Shown: in pieces, positions 51,050 through 63,689 of the stretch
Layout: the number at the start of each line of letters is the position of its first letter
Position numbering within the stretch: position 1 is the stretch's first letter
From: Lama guanicoe
Lineage: Eukaryota
Reading direction: 5' to 3'
Assembly: GCA_013239625.1 (NCBI GenBank)
Contig: MU054187.1
Location: forward strand, 20,056,897 to 20,120,896
Length of the DNA: 64,000 bases
The notes under the pieces: generated by a model
What the model was told of the DNA's origin: nothing
The model's database searches: none
The model's input: the letters and a program-made list of their open reading frames with translations, nothing else
Made by a program: the position numbers and the translations under genes

Positions 51050-52650
51050 AAACTGTATGGTTATGTCAATTTATCTTAATAGAAAAGCATATCGTAAAGA
51101 ATTACTAATGAACACTACAGAAATAATAAAGCTATAGATCAATGAAACAAAATTAAAATTTATGAATATAAATAAATATAAATACTTTGGCTTATACTGG
51201 GCATTTTTCTGGTATATGTTAGATTTGACATTTCAAATTAATGGAAAAGCTGATTACTATTTAAGAGATGGTATTGCAAAACTGATTTTCTCAACAAATA
51301 AACAATTTTCTCATGATATGTCAAAAATATCACATACATTACAGTTAATTTTAGTGGTGTCATAAAAATAAAAAAAAAGTGCATGTTTATCTGATCTTGG
51401 TTTGGGAAAGCCTTTCAAAATAAGGGTAATAAGACTTTTGGATATTATTTATTTTTTCTTTTTTCCCTACGTTTCATCCTTTGCATTATGCATACAGAAC
51501 AGACACCTAGCTCTCCATTTTGAGAAGGATCATGGCACACCAAATCACGGAAAGAGAATACATCTCTTCTTGGATTTTTTTTTTCTTTCAAAAGCCAAAA
51601 TCTAAGAGTGAACATAAACAATTTGTGGAGGAGGGGAAAGGAGAGGTGGGCCCATCCTCCCTCATTGTCTGTTGCCTTAGCTCTGAACACAGCCCCAGGG
51701 CTGGGGCAGCTCTGAATGGAGGGCAAACTCTACCACGGTGTCAAGTTTTCAGGCCACTTAAGCAACTGAAAAACAGGAAGACACCACAAAGGAAAAACAA
51801 TGCCATATTTCTCTTCTTAAATATGAAAAAAAAAATTTCTTTAGGCCCTTAAATATTTTCCTAGTTACTGAATGATATTTTGTCAGATTACACACTATAT
51901 TTTATTTCATCATGTACCTATTTTTGAAAATCTAGTTGGTTTCCCATGTTTGTTATAATAAATACTACTTTAAGATGCAATTTGTGTATTTATTTTCAAA
52001 TGCAGCCTCCATTGTTTACTTAAATTCCTCCATTTGGAAATCCAGAATGAAGGGATATACACATTTTTAAGTCTCTTGATGCACAGGGACATGTGCTTTC
52101 TGGGAAAGTTTGGTCAATTTTGAACCCGACACAAATGTGTGATTATCTCACTATACTCCTGGCACCAGTATCTTTTTTCCCTGTTTGTTTTCTTTTGCAC
52201 AGTTTAATGGGCAAAAGTTTATAGTTATTTTTTTAACTGCCAGAGAAGATGTACCACTTAAAAAAAAAAACTTTTGTCAATTTGTAATGATTTTTTTAAA
52301 GAAAAGTCTATTTTTTTCTAATTTGTTTATAGTTTATAGTGCTTTGTAAGAACTTTACTTAAGTGAAAAATATGGCTTGACCATTAAATCTGTTACCAAA
52401 ATGTTCCATTTGCCTTCAACGTTTCAGTTTCACATGTAACTTTTAAAATGAACATCAGTTTAAAATGTTAATGTAAACCCTTGTATCTTTCGTATCTTTT
52501 GTGTTTTTTATTAATGATATGCTTCACTTCCATTTTCATTTAGAATTATGTTAAAAATTCACATATATTTTGTTCTATTTCTTCTATATTTTTTATTTTT
52601 ACAATTAATAGTAATCAATCTGTGACTTATGTCTTTGTTACAGTACAAAA
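51050..52650. mobile_element. Ancient L1M fragments (plus ~51050-51450; minus ~51850-52650)
   Basis: atcaatgaaacaaaat...catttcaaattaatggaaaag; ctagttggtttcccatgtttgttataataaatact; heavily decayed. Confidence 0.45.
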
Positions 52651-52659
52651 GCATTTTCC

Positions 52660-53240
52660 TATTCATTTATTCAGTATTTCTATCCTGATGTCTATTGTAG
52701 GCTAGTCATGTGTTATATCCTGGGGATAAATTGGAGTATAAGATATAATCCAGGCCTTCAAATATTTTATCCTTTAAGCATATCACCAAGAAGCAAAGAA
52801 GGAATTAGAGGATAACATAGATGCTACAATGATGCTAGTATACTGTGTGGTATGGGGCACACGAAGTCTTGTGAAATAGAGGAGGGGAGGTCACTTCTGG
52901 AATTCCAAGAAGTGACATCTAGGCTGAAACATGCAAGATTTATAAAGCCTATCCTCATAAAAATAAAGGAAGGGGATTCCATACCAAGAGACAACATGCA
53001 TAGAAGGAAAGCCTGAAGGAAGAAGTCTGAAGCTGCATGAAAGAGTCCAGTCCATTCAGTAGGTAGAAACGGGTCGGTGGGCTGCTGTAAGGAGAAAAGG
53101 AGACCAGGATAGGAGCAAACTAAAAGTAACCACAAACCAGATCACAGAGAGTTTCATGACAGACATTACCAAGATTGGACTTGCTTACTAAGGGCGAAAC
53201 CTTCGTGGAAGGATGTTGTAGCAGGTCTGGAGCTTCATAA
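52660..53240 (-). mobile_element. L2 3' portion
   Basis: attcatttattcag...ccaagaagtgacatctaggctgaaac...ccagatcacagagagtttc...accaagattggactt. Confidence 0.55.
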
Positions 53241-55583
53241 GATTTTGCATCAGCCTGAGTCCCTGAACAAGTGTGAAGAGCATCCCATCCCACCTACAAC
53301 CAGGAGTGCCCATCCTGGGTTACTCTTTGTTGAGCCATAAACACTCTTTCCCTCAAACCGTAGAAGCTTGGGGATACTCGTCACAGCAGCAAGCAGTTGG
53401 CTGTCCACACACAGTGAACATAGATTATGCCCATTGTTGAAGTGCAAATCATTCACTAAGCATTCAGTATATGAGTGATTTCTAAATAAAAAGCCATATG
53501 CTACATCCTATTGTGGGTATACTAAATAAGACGGTATCTGCATTTGAGATATATAGAGGAATTTGACAGTTGTGGGTGGGGCAAATTTTTTTTAAAAAAG
53601 GAAGTTAAACTGTAATATACCTTAATACACAAAACTGCTAGCTGGGATATAAGTTCAGGAGTTTTCTCTCTCTTGGATTTCCTTCTCTGATGTTCAGTAC
53701 CCAATTTTAGTCATAAATAGGATCCTTCAAATGCTTAAATAATGAAACGGAAAAAAGTGGGCTTTAGAAATATCTATGTATCATCTATCTATAGAGGTCT
53801 TTAAACTTTGTGCACACCAAAGAAGAACAAAAATAGCATATTATAAGATTGCATGCTTATATACAAATAATGGCTACTCTTAAAGTTTTCTATACTAGTC
53901 AGAAGTAGTTGCTTTTTTTTTCTTTTGAGAGTGTTGGTTTAGGTTGGTGGCAATGTGGAACTTTTTAAAAGTCACACATATTTTTAACCAATTTCCTTCT
54001 ATTTCTCTCTAGGGTTATTCCAAGAACTGAAATAAACCATAGAAGACCTACCTGTAATATAACATTTATATGAAATTGTACAAATATGTCTTCATTTATT
54101 AATGATCGGTAATCGAGAGATCAAACATAAATTTTAAAAGATGCATTTTAGACCATATTGAAAAACAAAAATTCCAACTTTTCCATGAAAAATTTCCCAT
54201 GAGGTCTGAAGGTGCAGTCTTGTGGGTTATATCCCTAATAAATGTAGTTACAAAAAAGCTCTAAGTGCTACAAGACTAAGCTCTTACCTGTTATCACAAT
54301 GCCTTTAATTATATAAAATGGTAATTTTTTCTCTCAATAGATTGCATTATTTTTAGAAGGTGCTTATACTATAGACTGAAGTGTTGATTGAATATAGTTT
54401 CCCTTTTCAGTGTCTAAAAATTATGCATTACAAACAAAGAAGTCAGTTGAGTTTGGCAGGTTGGGATGGTAGGGCTGGAGTTTATGCTATTATCTGCAGA
54501 AGCAAATTGTACAGGCAAAAGCAGTCAGCATAGATCAGTTTAGCCTGTGGAACTGAGTTTCTGGTAAAATACTTCCCTACATTCTACCTCCATTTATATT
54601 TGCCCTACAGGTTATTATTTATTATTGGACATTATTACAAATTCTTAGGGGAAAATAGTGTAATTCATTTGAAGTGATGCTACACTGTTGTGCATGCAAG
54701 ATACTCAAATTCTTGCAATTACTATTCTGACTCACAGGGTAACAGGCTTTTATTCAAGAGTCTCTTTTTGTGGTTCCAGCTTTAACATGTTCGCTTCTAT
54801 TCCTTAACATATTATGCTTATTTATAGTCAACAGGAAAAAACAGTTTTTAATTAATTACTCGAATCATTATCTCTGAGTAATTTTTATGTTCTTTGTAAA
54901 ATGAACTAAGCTTAGTGTTTGGCTTAATATAGCATACAAAAATTGAATTATTTGGGGCTATTAAGTGTAGAAGGAGTTACATTTCAGTGGTTATGATGCC
55001 TTAAGAATCAGCATTATACACGTATTTCTAGGGTGTATCGCTATTCCAAGAGTAATGTCATGATGTTTACTTTGTACTGCACGATGAACTTGTATACATA
55101 AATACAGTATTACTGACAATAGCATATCAAGTGTTAATTATCAAAATTATTGCTTAAAATTTAAAGAAAGCATAAGTAAATAATAACAGAAAAATTACAG
55201 AATACCTGTGGTGGAACTTACATTAAGCTAAGACCTCTGTGCTGTACAAATTGGGTGCCACGTGTAGCTATCTTCCCAGTCTTACAGTTCAGAAGACAAA
55301 AGTAATGCATGAAAAGGAACAAGAGCAAGAAGACAGCAAAGTCATACATCTTTAGCAATTGACCAGGGAAGTTCAGAGGAAGGTGAGGTGGGTAGAAGTT
55401 TTAAAATTCAGAAGAATATTTCTTTAAAGAGTTTAAACTTGATTTGGGGTAACAATATGAATAAAGGTTGGATAAATTAACCATTCTGAACTTGTAGAAT
55501 ATGGGGAGCTTATGCATATAAGTTGGATGTAGCTTTGTTTCTTAAGGAAACCAAAGGGTAGAGGAAACATACTGATTTTTAGT

Positions 55584-55609
55584 AAAAAAAAAAAAAAAAA
55601 AAAAAAAAA
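55584..55609 (+). repeat. Poly(A)26
   Basis: Uninterrupted homopolymer. Confidence 0.95.
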
Positions 55610-55683
55610 TTTAAACAGATCTACTAAGGAGAGTGGGCAAGATTAGAGAAAGCTTCAAAAGCCATGGAACAGATATATAAAAA

Positions 55684-55725
<42 letters not shown>

Positions 55726-55755
55726 CCTACCTACCTATCATTTATTTATCTATCC
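55684..55755 (+). repeat. Compound (TATC)n(TACC)n tetranucleotide microsatellite
   Basis: About 10 TATC units followed by 3 TACC units and degenerate units. Confidence 0.95.
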
Positions 55756-55989
55756 GTGACCCAATTCAGAAGCCTTTGAATCCCATGATCAATAATGAAA
55801 ATACTCTTGGGAATTGGAGCTGTATTGGGTTAACATTGACAGCTAATGAGAGTAGATTTTGAATTCAATATATTTTCTCTCCAAAAACAGTGCCTCCAAT
55901 CCAAACCTGCTGCTCTTAATCACTTAAAATAATTATATAAAGAACAGATGATTTTCCTTTGGCAAAGAAGCTGCCATGAATTAACTATA

Positions 55990-56175
55990 ATATTTTGGAC
56001 CAGGGGCTGGGCATATCACGTGTTCTGTCGTATAACTCTTCACAGCAATGCCTGGAGTTAGATATTTTTATCACTGAGTGCTAGGAATTAGGGACATTAG
56101 GGATAAATTATCAAGTAAATCCAAACCTCTCTAACTGCAAAGTCTATGCTTTATTGTATAATAAAGCTGCCATAT
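55990..56175 (-). mobile_element. Diverged MIR
   Basis: ccaggggctgggc...taactcttcacagcaatgcct...ctctctaactgcaaagtctatgcttt. Confidence 0.45.
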
Positions 56176-57703
56176 AAATTGTAAGTCATTAAATTTATGG
56201 ATATATTAATCTTTGCTTCACTCCCTCCTAAAATAATGTGCCCCCTTCCTCTTATTTCTAATAACTCAGGTGGGCATATTCATACCAGGGCCCATATACC
56301 ATAGCATACGATGCAGACAAAAGGCAGGCACCTCACGTAGATTGAGTCAAACAGTTTCTCTCGCTATAGAAATTCGAACTAAAATACACAGACATGAATT
56401 GAGCTGATACTGGTAATTGGATCTGTAAATGATGAGGTGAAGACAGAATCACTACCACGAAAAGTCCTGGCACCTTGCAACGAAAGTTAAGTGGAAGCAG
56501 AAAATAAAAGCCTTGGGGAAGAATCACATTTCCTGCGAAGAAGACGAAATGGACGTGGATTGAGAAATGGGCACGTACGGGGTCTGCGTCTTCGTGTGCA
56601 ACTAAAAATGTCTTTGTTAGTTCCTCTTACTTGAACAGACCTAAGACTCTAGGGTCAAGGTTCTATTTTCATGTCAAGTTATGGGTTTTACATTATGTTA
56701 CAGCATCCCGTGGCACAAAGGAAAAGCTGCGACCTGGTTCATCTTTCTCTCTTCTTAAGCAATTTTTTCCTTACTAGAACCCTTCAGTTCTGTTGTCATT
56801 TTTATCTGCTAGTTGTTGTTGTGGTTGAGGACAACTATCTCAATGAGCCACTCTGATTTAGGTAAGAAGTGACACATTTGTGTAGTTTTATTTAACAAAA
56901 CTCTGCTGTAATAATTTTCAGTGTGAACAGAGATACAGGGAACTTATACATGAGTAAAAGAAATTGACTCTATCTGTCAGAAATAAATTAATCCTCTTTT
57001 CTTCTTTATGAAGGAGCGTTAATAGTAACATAATTTAAGTCCAAGTTTTTACTTGCTTTAAGTCACTAGGGAAATGATTATTTCCAAGACCCTCACAGAC
57101 AACTATCATGTGTATGAATATTGTTTAAGACTATCAAGAGAATTTACAACATGTAAAAGCAGTGAGTCTAATGCATTTAGATAATAATTCAATAGTAATG
57201 GTAGGAAACTACTGCTAGCTTTGGGTGCTCTGTACATAATAAATTATTTCTTTGGTATTAATGTAAATTTGACAGCAACTTCTGAGAATGCCTACTTGCA
57301 AAAAAAAAAAGTCTAGTTAGAAATGAACAGCCTATCTGAAAGGGGGTGATGGATTTTCATTTTATATGGCAATATCACAAGGCTAGAAATATTTTATAAG
57401 ATAGTTACAATGTGTTTGTCTATTATTTTTCATCTTTCCTTTCAAAGACGTTTTATGCAAGGTAAGACATGGGCAGAGGGGAATGAATGCTTAGGTGCCA
57501 TAGGGATTAGTCTAAATGGCTGATGGTGACTGTGGGTCACTTTGGCCACATGGAAAAGGGGCGCTTTTCCTTCCCTTTAAGCAAAATTAGAACATATTTC
57601 AAGGGACAAGAAAATAACAGGTGATAAGATGAGGGATTGGAAAGAACAACTGCCAAGGTTCTTTGAAAGATTCTAGTGAACTTGATTCTTTAAGCCATGA
57701 CTT

Positions 57704-57818
57704 CTTCATTTAACAAATACTTCTTGGGGATGCCTGTTGTGTGCCAAGCACTCCTCTTGGTGTCCAGAATAGATCAGTGAACCAAACAGACAAAAATCTC
57801 TGCTCTTGCTGAGCTCTG
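57704..57818 (-). mobile_element. L2a-type 3' end
   Basis: ttcatttaacaaatac...tgtgccaagcact...cagtgaaccaaacagacaaaaatctctgctctt. Confidence 0.75.
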
Positions 57819-59565
57819 GCTCTTTCATGTGTCCATTTTTCCATACCTAATTAAAATGCATCGTACGTGCTTGGCAGCTTTCACCACCAGCACACATGAT
57901 TTGATGCATATTTATGCCTCTCCTTTGCATCTATTTAGTCATTCAATTTTCTTGTTCTCCCAAATGTTAGGAGCGAAGAGCTTGTAAATTCCTAGACTTC
58001 TCAGTACAAGATCACACAACAAAGACCCATGGCAGCGCTACTCCAGAGAACATAAGACATTGTCATGAAACTGCTGACCCCGCCAAGGTGCCATCTTTGA
58101 AAGATGTGCTAGTTGAAAAACCAGGCAATTCATAGACATTAGTTTATAAATCTAGTTTGGGGAATTGCGAGAAAATCATGAAGGTATTGGAATTCCATTT
58201 GCACACAGTAGTATTTTGGGAAGATGAGAAAGAGACAAAGAATTCAAGGGAAGATCAATGTGGGGATATTGCCAAATGCATGTAAAATCTCAATCTCGAA
58301 ATCTCCATGACGTCATCGTTGGCTCTACAAAGACCTGGGAAGAGACACAGTTAAAGGGATAGGAAATCTCACCATGAGCTGTAATGTTGAGTAAGCTTCC
58401 ACTAGGCAAAATGAAACTGAGAAAGTAAGTAAGAGGATATAATTTTGTATCATTATGCAAAGTGTTTCATGGGTCTATTTGTAGGAGATTTGAAAGAAAC
58501 CCACAGCACAGCACTTGTCACTCAGAGGAATAGGCTGGAGAGGATGCAGCGAGTGGTGGCATCCTGCGCAGCGCATGGGGAAGTCCACCCTAGGGGCTCA
58601 GGTACAGCTGACATGCCTAGAGATACCAGAGAGAAGCATTTCCTTTAAAGCTCTGTTGCTCATGTACACTACAGAGAGTTCCCGAAAGCAGCTGTTAGTG
58701 TAGAGAGAACCGGGTCCTGCCACCAGACAACCACAGACTTATTGCCAGCAGCCAGCCACCAGAGTCCACAGCCATCAAGAGGCACTGCTATTAAGGAAAG
58801 TGTTACAGCACCTGGAACTAACATCTGGAAGCATTTACAATGTATTATCAAACAAACAGAAGATGTGCAACGTTATATACAACACAATATTGAGAAATAC
58901 ATGTATGCCCACATGTAGAAAACAAAGAAACGGAATACACGTTTTCTTCAATGAACATGATTTAAATTTATGATCATGAAAATGATGATTTTTTTCCTGT
59001 AATTCCATCCACTTACTATCAAGTTTTATGTAGCATGTACTCTATTTGTGGTTTAAGTTCCATCTCAGTGTCCACTTAGGAGAGTTTTACAGTTTCGTGA
59101 CCGGTTTGTTCTGTGCATCAAAGTGGGTTATTAACTATTAATGGAAGAGTGAATGGAGGGAGGGACGATTTACAACGATCTGTATTCTTGACTTTTGTAA
59201 CTGATCAAAGGGAGTGAAGGGGTAAAAAGAATCATAACTCCCTCAAATATATTTTTAAGGAATGCTTAAAATATTAGTTCCAACAATGCAAATGATTAGG
59301 ATTTGGGTCCAGTTCTCATGGAAGCCGACACGAGTTTATGAGGTCCATCACCATGTGCCTCCTTAGGGTGGAGGCTGGAGACAGAGACACCTACCGTGGT
59401 GGCTAGGGGTTGTGTGAAATGAGAAATCCCGTTAGAGAAATGACTGATGCTTGTCAGTAAGCTGCGGGAGGGGGTGTCAAACTGAATTCCTTTCTTAAGA
59501 GAAAGAAAAAGTAAGAGGAGAACTTGCAGTAGCAAAGCCAGGTGATACATAGGTGGAATGAAAAT

Positions 59566-59694
59566 ATATATATATTTGGGGGGTGTAATTAGGTTTATTT
59601 ATTTATTTATTTTTAGAGGCGGTCCTGGGGATTGAACCCAGGGCCTTGCGCATGCTAAGCATGCGCTCTACCATTTGAGCTATACCCTTCCCCC
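59566..59694 (-). mobile_element. vic-1-type camelid SINE derived from tRNA-Ala
   Basis: Reverse complement GGGGAAGGGTATAGCTCAAATGGTAGAGCGCATGCTTAGCATGCGCAAGGCCCTGGGTTCAATCCCCAG...(AAAT)n CCTAATTAC; degenerate TSD taggtggaatgaaaat/taagtgggatgaatat. Confidence 0.9.
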
Positions 59695-60622
59695 AGTAAG
59701 TGGGATGAATATTGCTGGACATTTTTTAAAAGTCTGTGAATTTAGTAACTCTTAGTGACTCTTCTACCCTTTTCTTTAGAAGTGGTACCAGCCAAAATGT
59801 ACCCTGACTTCCCCAGCCATTTTTTCCCTCTTTGTATACAGAGCTCACCTTCAGTTTCTTGCTAACAATATCATTTGCTATTTTAATGAGAGGTTCACTT
59901 ACTTATATCCTACATGAAATTTGATGTGTGTATGCTGAGCTTCAAAGGGCTTAGCCACAAACTATAAGATCAGAAAAGGTGTTGTCCAGACAGTGTCAGT
60001 GGTGGTAGCCAGGTAAAAAGGGAAGTAGACTTTGTAACCTATCCCTTTAGAAAGCCATGTGTAGGGGGACACTGATATCCAGGGGCTTCGGGATAGCTGT
60101 CCCCAGGCATGAAAGAGTGTATCCTTTCATGGATTATCAGCACAGATTTGAGTGTCTCCAAAAATCTGTATTAAGCAAATGATCTGTCAGTTGGTCAGTT
60201 TTAATCCAACAGTCATCATAAAGAAATGCTACATAAAATGAGGATGAAAAAAGTCAGCATTCAAAGTAGCTTTCACGTATATAAAAACACTTCGCTCTCA
60301 GATTGAAATCGTCAATTAACAACACATGAGTGATGAAATAAGTTGAAATAAAATAAATCTTAACCTTGTGTGTGACAGATTATTAATCAATCTAAGATAA
60401 TATGTTCATTCAAATTAACATGGCAATCAATACGGTAACAGAAATTGGAACCCAAATCTCTACCACACACATACTAGGTAATTCATACATTTGAAAACAT
60501 TTGCTGACCTCCTGCATGTTAACTTTTAGGCGACCACTTTGCAAACCCTGACATCTTACTACTATGCTATGCTATTTTAAGCTCACTCTATTACACCTGA
60601 AATAAATGTCAAAGACATAACA

Positions 60623-60684
60623 TATACATACACCTGCACAGCTGACTCCTCTATATTTTTGTGTATTAAGAATAACTCTCAGAA
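60623..60684 (+). repeat. Copy 1 of a 62-bp direct repeat (partner 62677-62738)
   Basis: tatacatacacctgcacagctgactcctctatatttttgtgtattaagaa(t/g)aactctcagaa, 61/62 identical. Confidence 0.95.
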
Positions 60685-60745
60685 TGACATACGTAAAGTG
60701 TTTAGAAGAGTGTTTGGTCCACAATAACATGTGTTAGTTGCCTTG
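60685..60745 (+). mobile_element. MIR 3' fragment
   Basis: atacgtaaagtgtttagaagagtgtttggtccacaataa resembles the MIR 3' end. Confidence 0.45.
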
Positions 60746-61808
60746 CTCTTATAAAACTCAAGTTTTCTACTTCTTTAGTCTGTAATTTTGTTTTTCCTTT
60801 CAGTTGTACAGTCAGCACACAGAATTGTCTTGGAGCTATATAAAGTAAAAAGACTCCTACAGGGATTTAATTTTGAAGATGGCCTTGAGAATATATTTTT
60901 TGGCAATAACAAAAATAGCCGAAAATAAGAAGAATTAGATACCAGTAGGGAGATGTTTCCTTTTTAATTTTACAAAACAAAGCAGCCATAGGAAATAAGC
61001 TCTTCTATTATAGCTTAAGTGTCAACAATGTGTGGTAAGTAAAAAGTTAAAGCAAGTAAGAAACAAGGTCAAGTTTTCTCCTGAAGGAAAAACAGAGGCA
61101 ATAAATTCTATGGTTTATTGAAAAGGTAAGAACCTTGCCAGAAAGAGGTTGTACACCTTGCATATAAGTATTCCTTGTTTTGAATATTGACTTTTCCATA
61201 GATCAAAGCATAGAAGCTAGATAAATTAAAGGTTTAAAAATGAAAGTTGTAATTTACACGAAAGTCAAAAGAATTTTAGCAGCATGGAAAACCTTGTACA
61301 TTTTATTTTAGTCAACCCTTTTATCAAAGTTCTGGAAAAGTTTGTTACAATATGCTGATTTTTTAAAGTAAATATACAGTTGATGACTTTGTAGCTTTCT
61401 GTGGAAGATAAGTATCGAGAATGCATTTCTTGGTCATATACGAAGATCCTTAGTAGATATTTCTAAAATTTCCTGAAAACCATTAGTTTTATTGTTACTG
61501 ATGATATTTACATTTTAAAGATTAAACATTTCCTGTTGTTAAGGGGCACATACCTAATACTGAAGTATCTTAGGGAAAATTACAAAGCCAATAAAATACA
61601 AGGAGTTCACTACATAATGTGTTAAGAAGGATGTAAGAGAGGTGTCTGTAAGGTAAAGGGGATGAGTAGAACTATACAAAGATGTTTTTTGTTCAGCTGG
61701 GTTTTTAAGCCAGGGCAACAACATGGACATAAACCATTCACTTAAAGAAATCCTCAAATTTCCACTTAAGATCTTGAAACCATTAAAAATAAAACGGTAA
61801 AACTCCAT

Positions 61809-62088
61809 TGTCATGGATTAATTTGTGTCCCTCTAAAATTTCTATGTTGAAGTCCTAACACTCTCCCCCACCACCTCGTACCTCACAATATAACTTCATT
61901 TGGAGAAAGGGTCTTTCCAGGGGTATTCAAGTTAACATAGGTCATTAGAGTGGGCTCTAATCTAAATTGACTAGTCTCCTTATAAAAAGGGGAAATTTGG
62001 AGAAAGACAGGCATACAGGGGGACACACTATGAGCATGAAGGTGGCCATCTGCAAACCCAGGAGAGAAGCCTGGAACAAATCCTCTCT
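61809..62088 (+). mobile_element. MLT1B-type LTR, 3'-truncated
   Basis: tgtcatggatt...atgttgaagtcctaac...ccttataaaaaggggaaatttgga...ggagagaagcctggaaca; stops before the ccagaactgtga/ctaataca end. Confidence 0.85.
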
Positions 62089-62126
62089 TAAGATGTTTTG
62101 TGAAATGACATTGTTGTTACTATTTT

Positions 62127-62591
62127 AAAACAAGAGAAATCTCAAATAAGCATTCTAACTTTACACCTAAAGCAACTAGAGAAAGAAGAACAAACAAAAC
62201 CCAAGATTAGCAGAAGGGAAGAAATCATAACGCTCAGAGCAGAAGTCAATGAAACAGAGACTGAAAAAAACAGTAGAAAAGATCAATGAAACTAAAAGTT
62301 GGTTCTTTGAAAAGATAAACAAAACTGATAAACCATTAGCCAGAATCATCAAGAAAAAAAGGGAGAGGGCCCAAAACAATAAAATCAGAAATGAAAAAGG
62401 AGAAGTTACAACTGACACATCGCAGAAATAAAAAGGATCGTAAGAGACTTCTATGAGCAAATGTCCTCCAATACCATGGGCAGCCCAGAGGAAATGGACA
62501 GATTCTCAGAAAGGAGAAATCTGCCAAAACATAACCAGGAAGAAATAGAAAATGTGCACAGATCAATTACCCATGCTGAAATTGAATCACT
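62127..62591 (+). mobile_element. Internal L1 ORF2 fragment (post-endonuclease region) with no 3' end or poly(A)
   Basis: ORF 62249-62431 [47 protein letters not shown] is typical L1 ORF2p. Confidence 0.92.
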
Positions 62592-62676
62592 GTTCTAACC
62601 TCTTAGATTACAGAGTGGCGCTCGATTATATTTGTCATGGACTATGCTTGGTTTAAACGAAAGTAATTTGCTTGTG

Positions 62677-62738
62677 TATACATACACCTGCACAGCTGAC
62701 TCCTCTATATTTTTGTGTATTAAGAAGAACTCTCAGAA
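62677..62738 (+). repeat. Copy 2 of the 62-bp direct repeat
   Basis: One mismatch to 60623-60684. Confidence 0.95.
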
Positions 62739-63188
62739 AGTTTGAGTTTAATGCAGTTCCTGTATTTTTTCTTTGTTCATAATGTTGCTTAACTATAAGT
62801 CCTTAAACTTTTTTCTTTTAAATAGTAATAATACTGAAGTGAATATAACATTGATCTTTCATATATTCTCTGAAATAAGAGTTGCTTTTACTTTTTACTT
62901 TAACTCTGTTAGTTGAAGTAACTGAGATGAGATGAAGAGGATACAGATTCTGTCTTAATTGTTTGCTTGTCTTCTCTATCTCTTATGATTGAAATGTATT
63001 AAAATTGTAAGAATGACAGTAACAGAATAACTCATCAGGAGAATTAATTTTTTAAAATTATTCTTACTATCACTTATAACCTCTGAGAACATGCTGTTAC
63101 AGGGAATTATACTTTACCATACTTTAAGGCTGAAAAGTAATTGTAATCAGACAGCAATTGGGGATTATTTAGAAATACTCTTTTAAAA

Positions 63189-63454
63189 TACAAACTTGTT
63201 GTTGCCAAGGGGGCAGGGGGTGGGAAGGGACAGACTGGGATTTCAAAGTGTAGAATAGATAACAGGATTATACTGTATAGCACAGGGAAATATATACAAG
63301 ATCTTGTGGTAGCTCACAGCGAAAAAAAAATTTGACAGTGAATATATGTTATGTTCATGTACAACTGAAAAATTGTGCTCTACACTGGAATTTGACGCAA
63401 CATTGTAAAATGACTATAGCTCAATAAAAATATTTTAAAAATTTAAATGAAAAA
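63189..63454 (+). mobile_element. Young 5'-truncated L1 3'UTR
   Basis: Perfect 18-bp TSD AGAAATACTCTTTTAAAA at 63171-63188 and 63455-63472; close match to ~20008-20255. Confidence 0.95.
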
Positions 63455-63689
63455 AGAAATACTCTTTTAAAAATTATTTCCATAGAAATTATTAATAACT
63501 TAGAGGCTTCCTCATTGCGAGGGAGCTGAAAGAGAACTTGTTATATATGCATTGCAATGTCATTATTACAGTGTCCCAGAATATATGCATCTGTTGAATG
63601 CCATAAAAATTATTTGGAAAATAAGAACTTGAATGTAAAAATGTCACTTAAATTACCATCTAGTCCCATCCTGGCAAAAGGCATTCAGC

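Noticed and set aside
54288..54413. Minus-strand exon with a CAG|GTAAGA donor
   Set aside because: Stop codons in all three frames and no other support.
4570..56350. Scattered AP-1 (TGAGTCA/TGACTCA) sites
   Set aside because: The count is near chance expectation for a 7-mer and there is no convincing cluster.
58500..58640. Possible CR1/L3 remnant (ggctggagaggatgcagcgag)
   Set aside because: Similarity is too short and weak to call without a profile search.
59615..59694. tRNA-Ala(AGC) gene
   Set aside because: The acceptor stem is not intact, and it has a SINE tail and a TSD, so it is a vic-1-type SINE.
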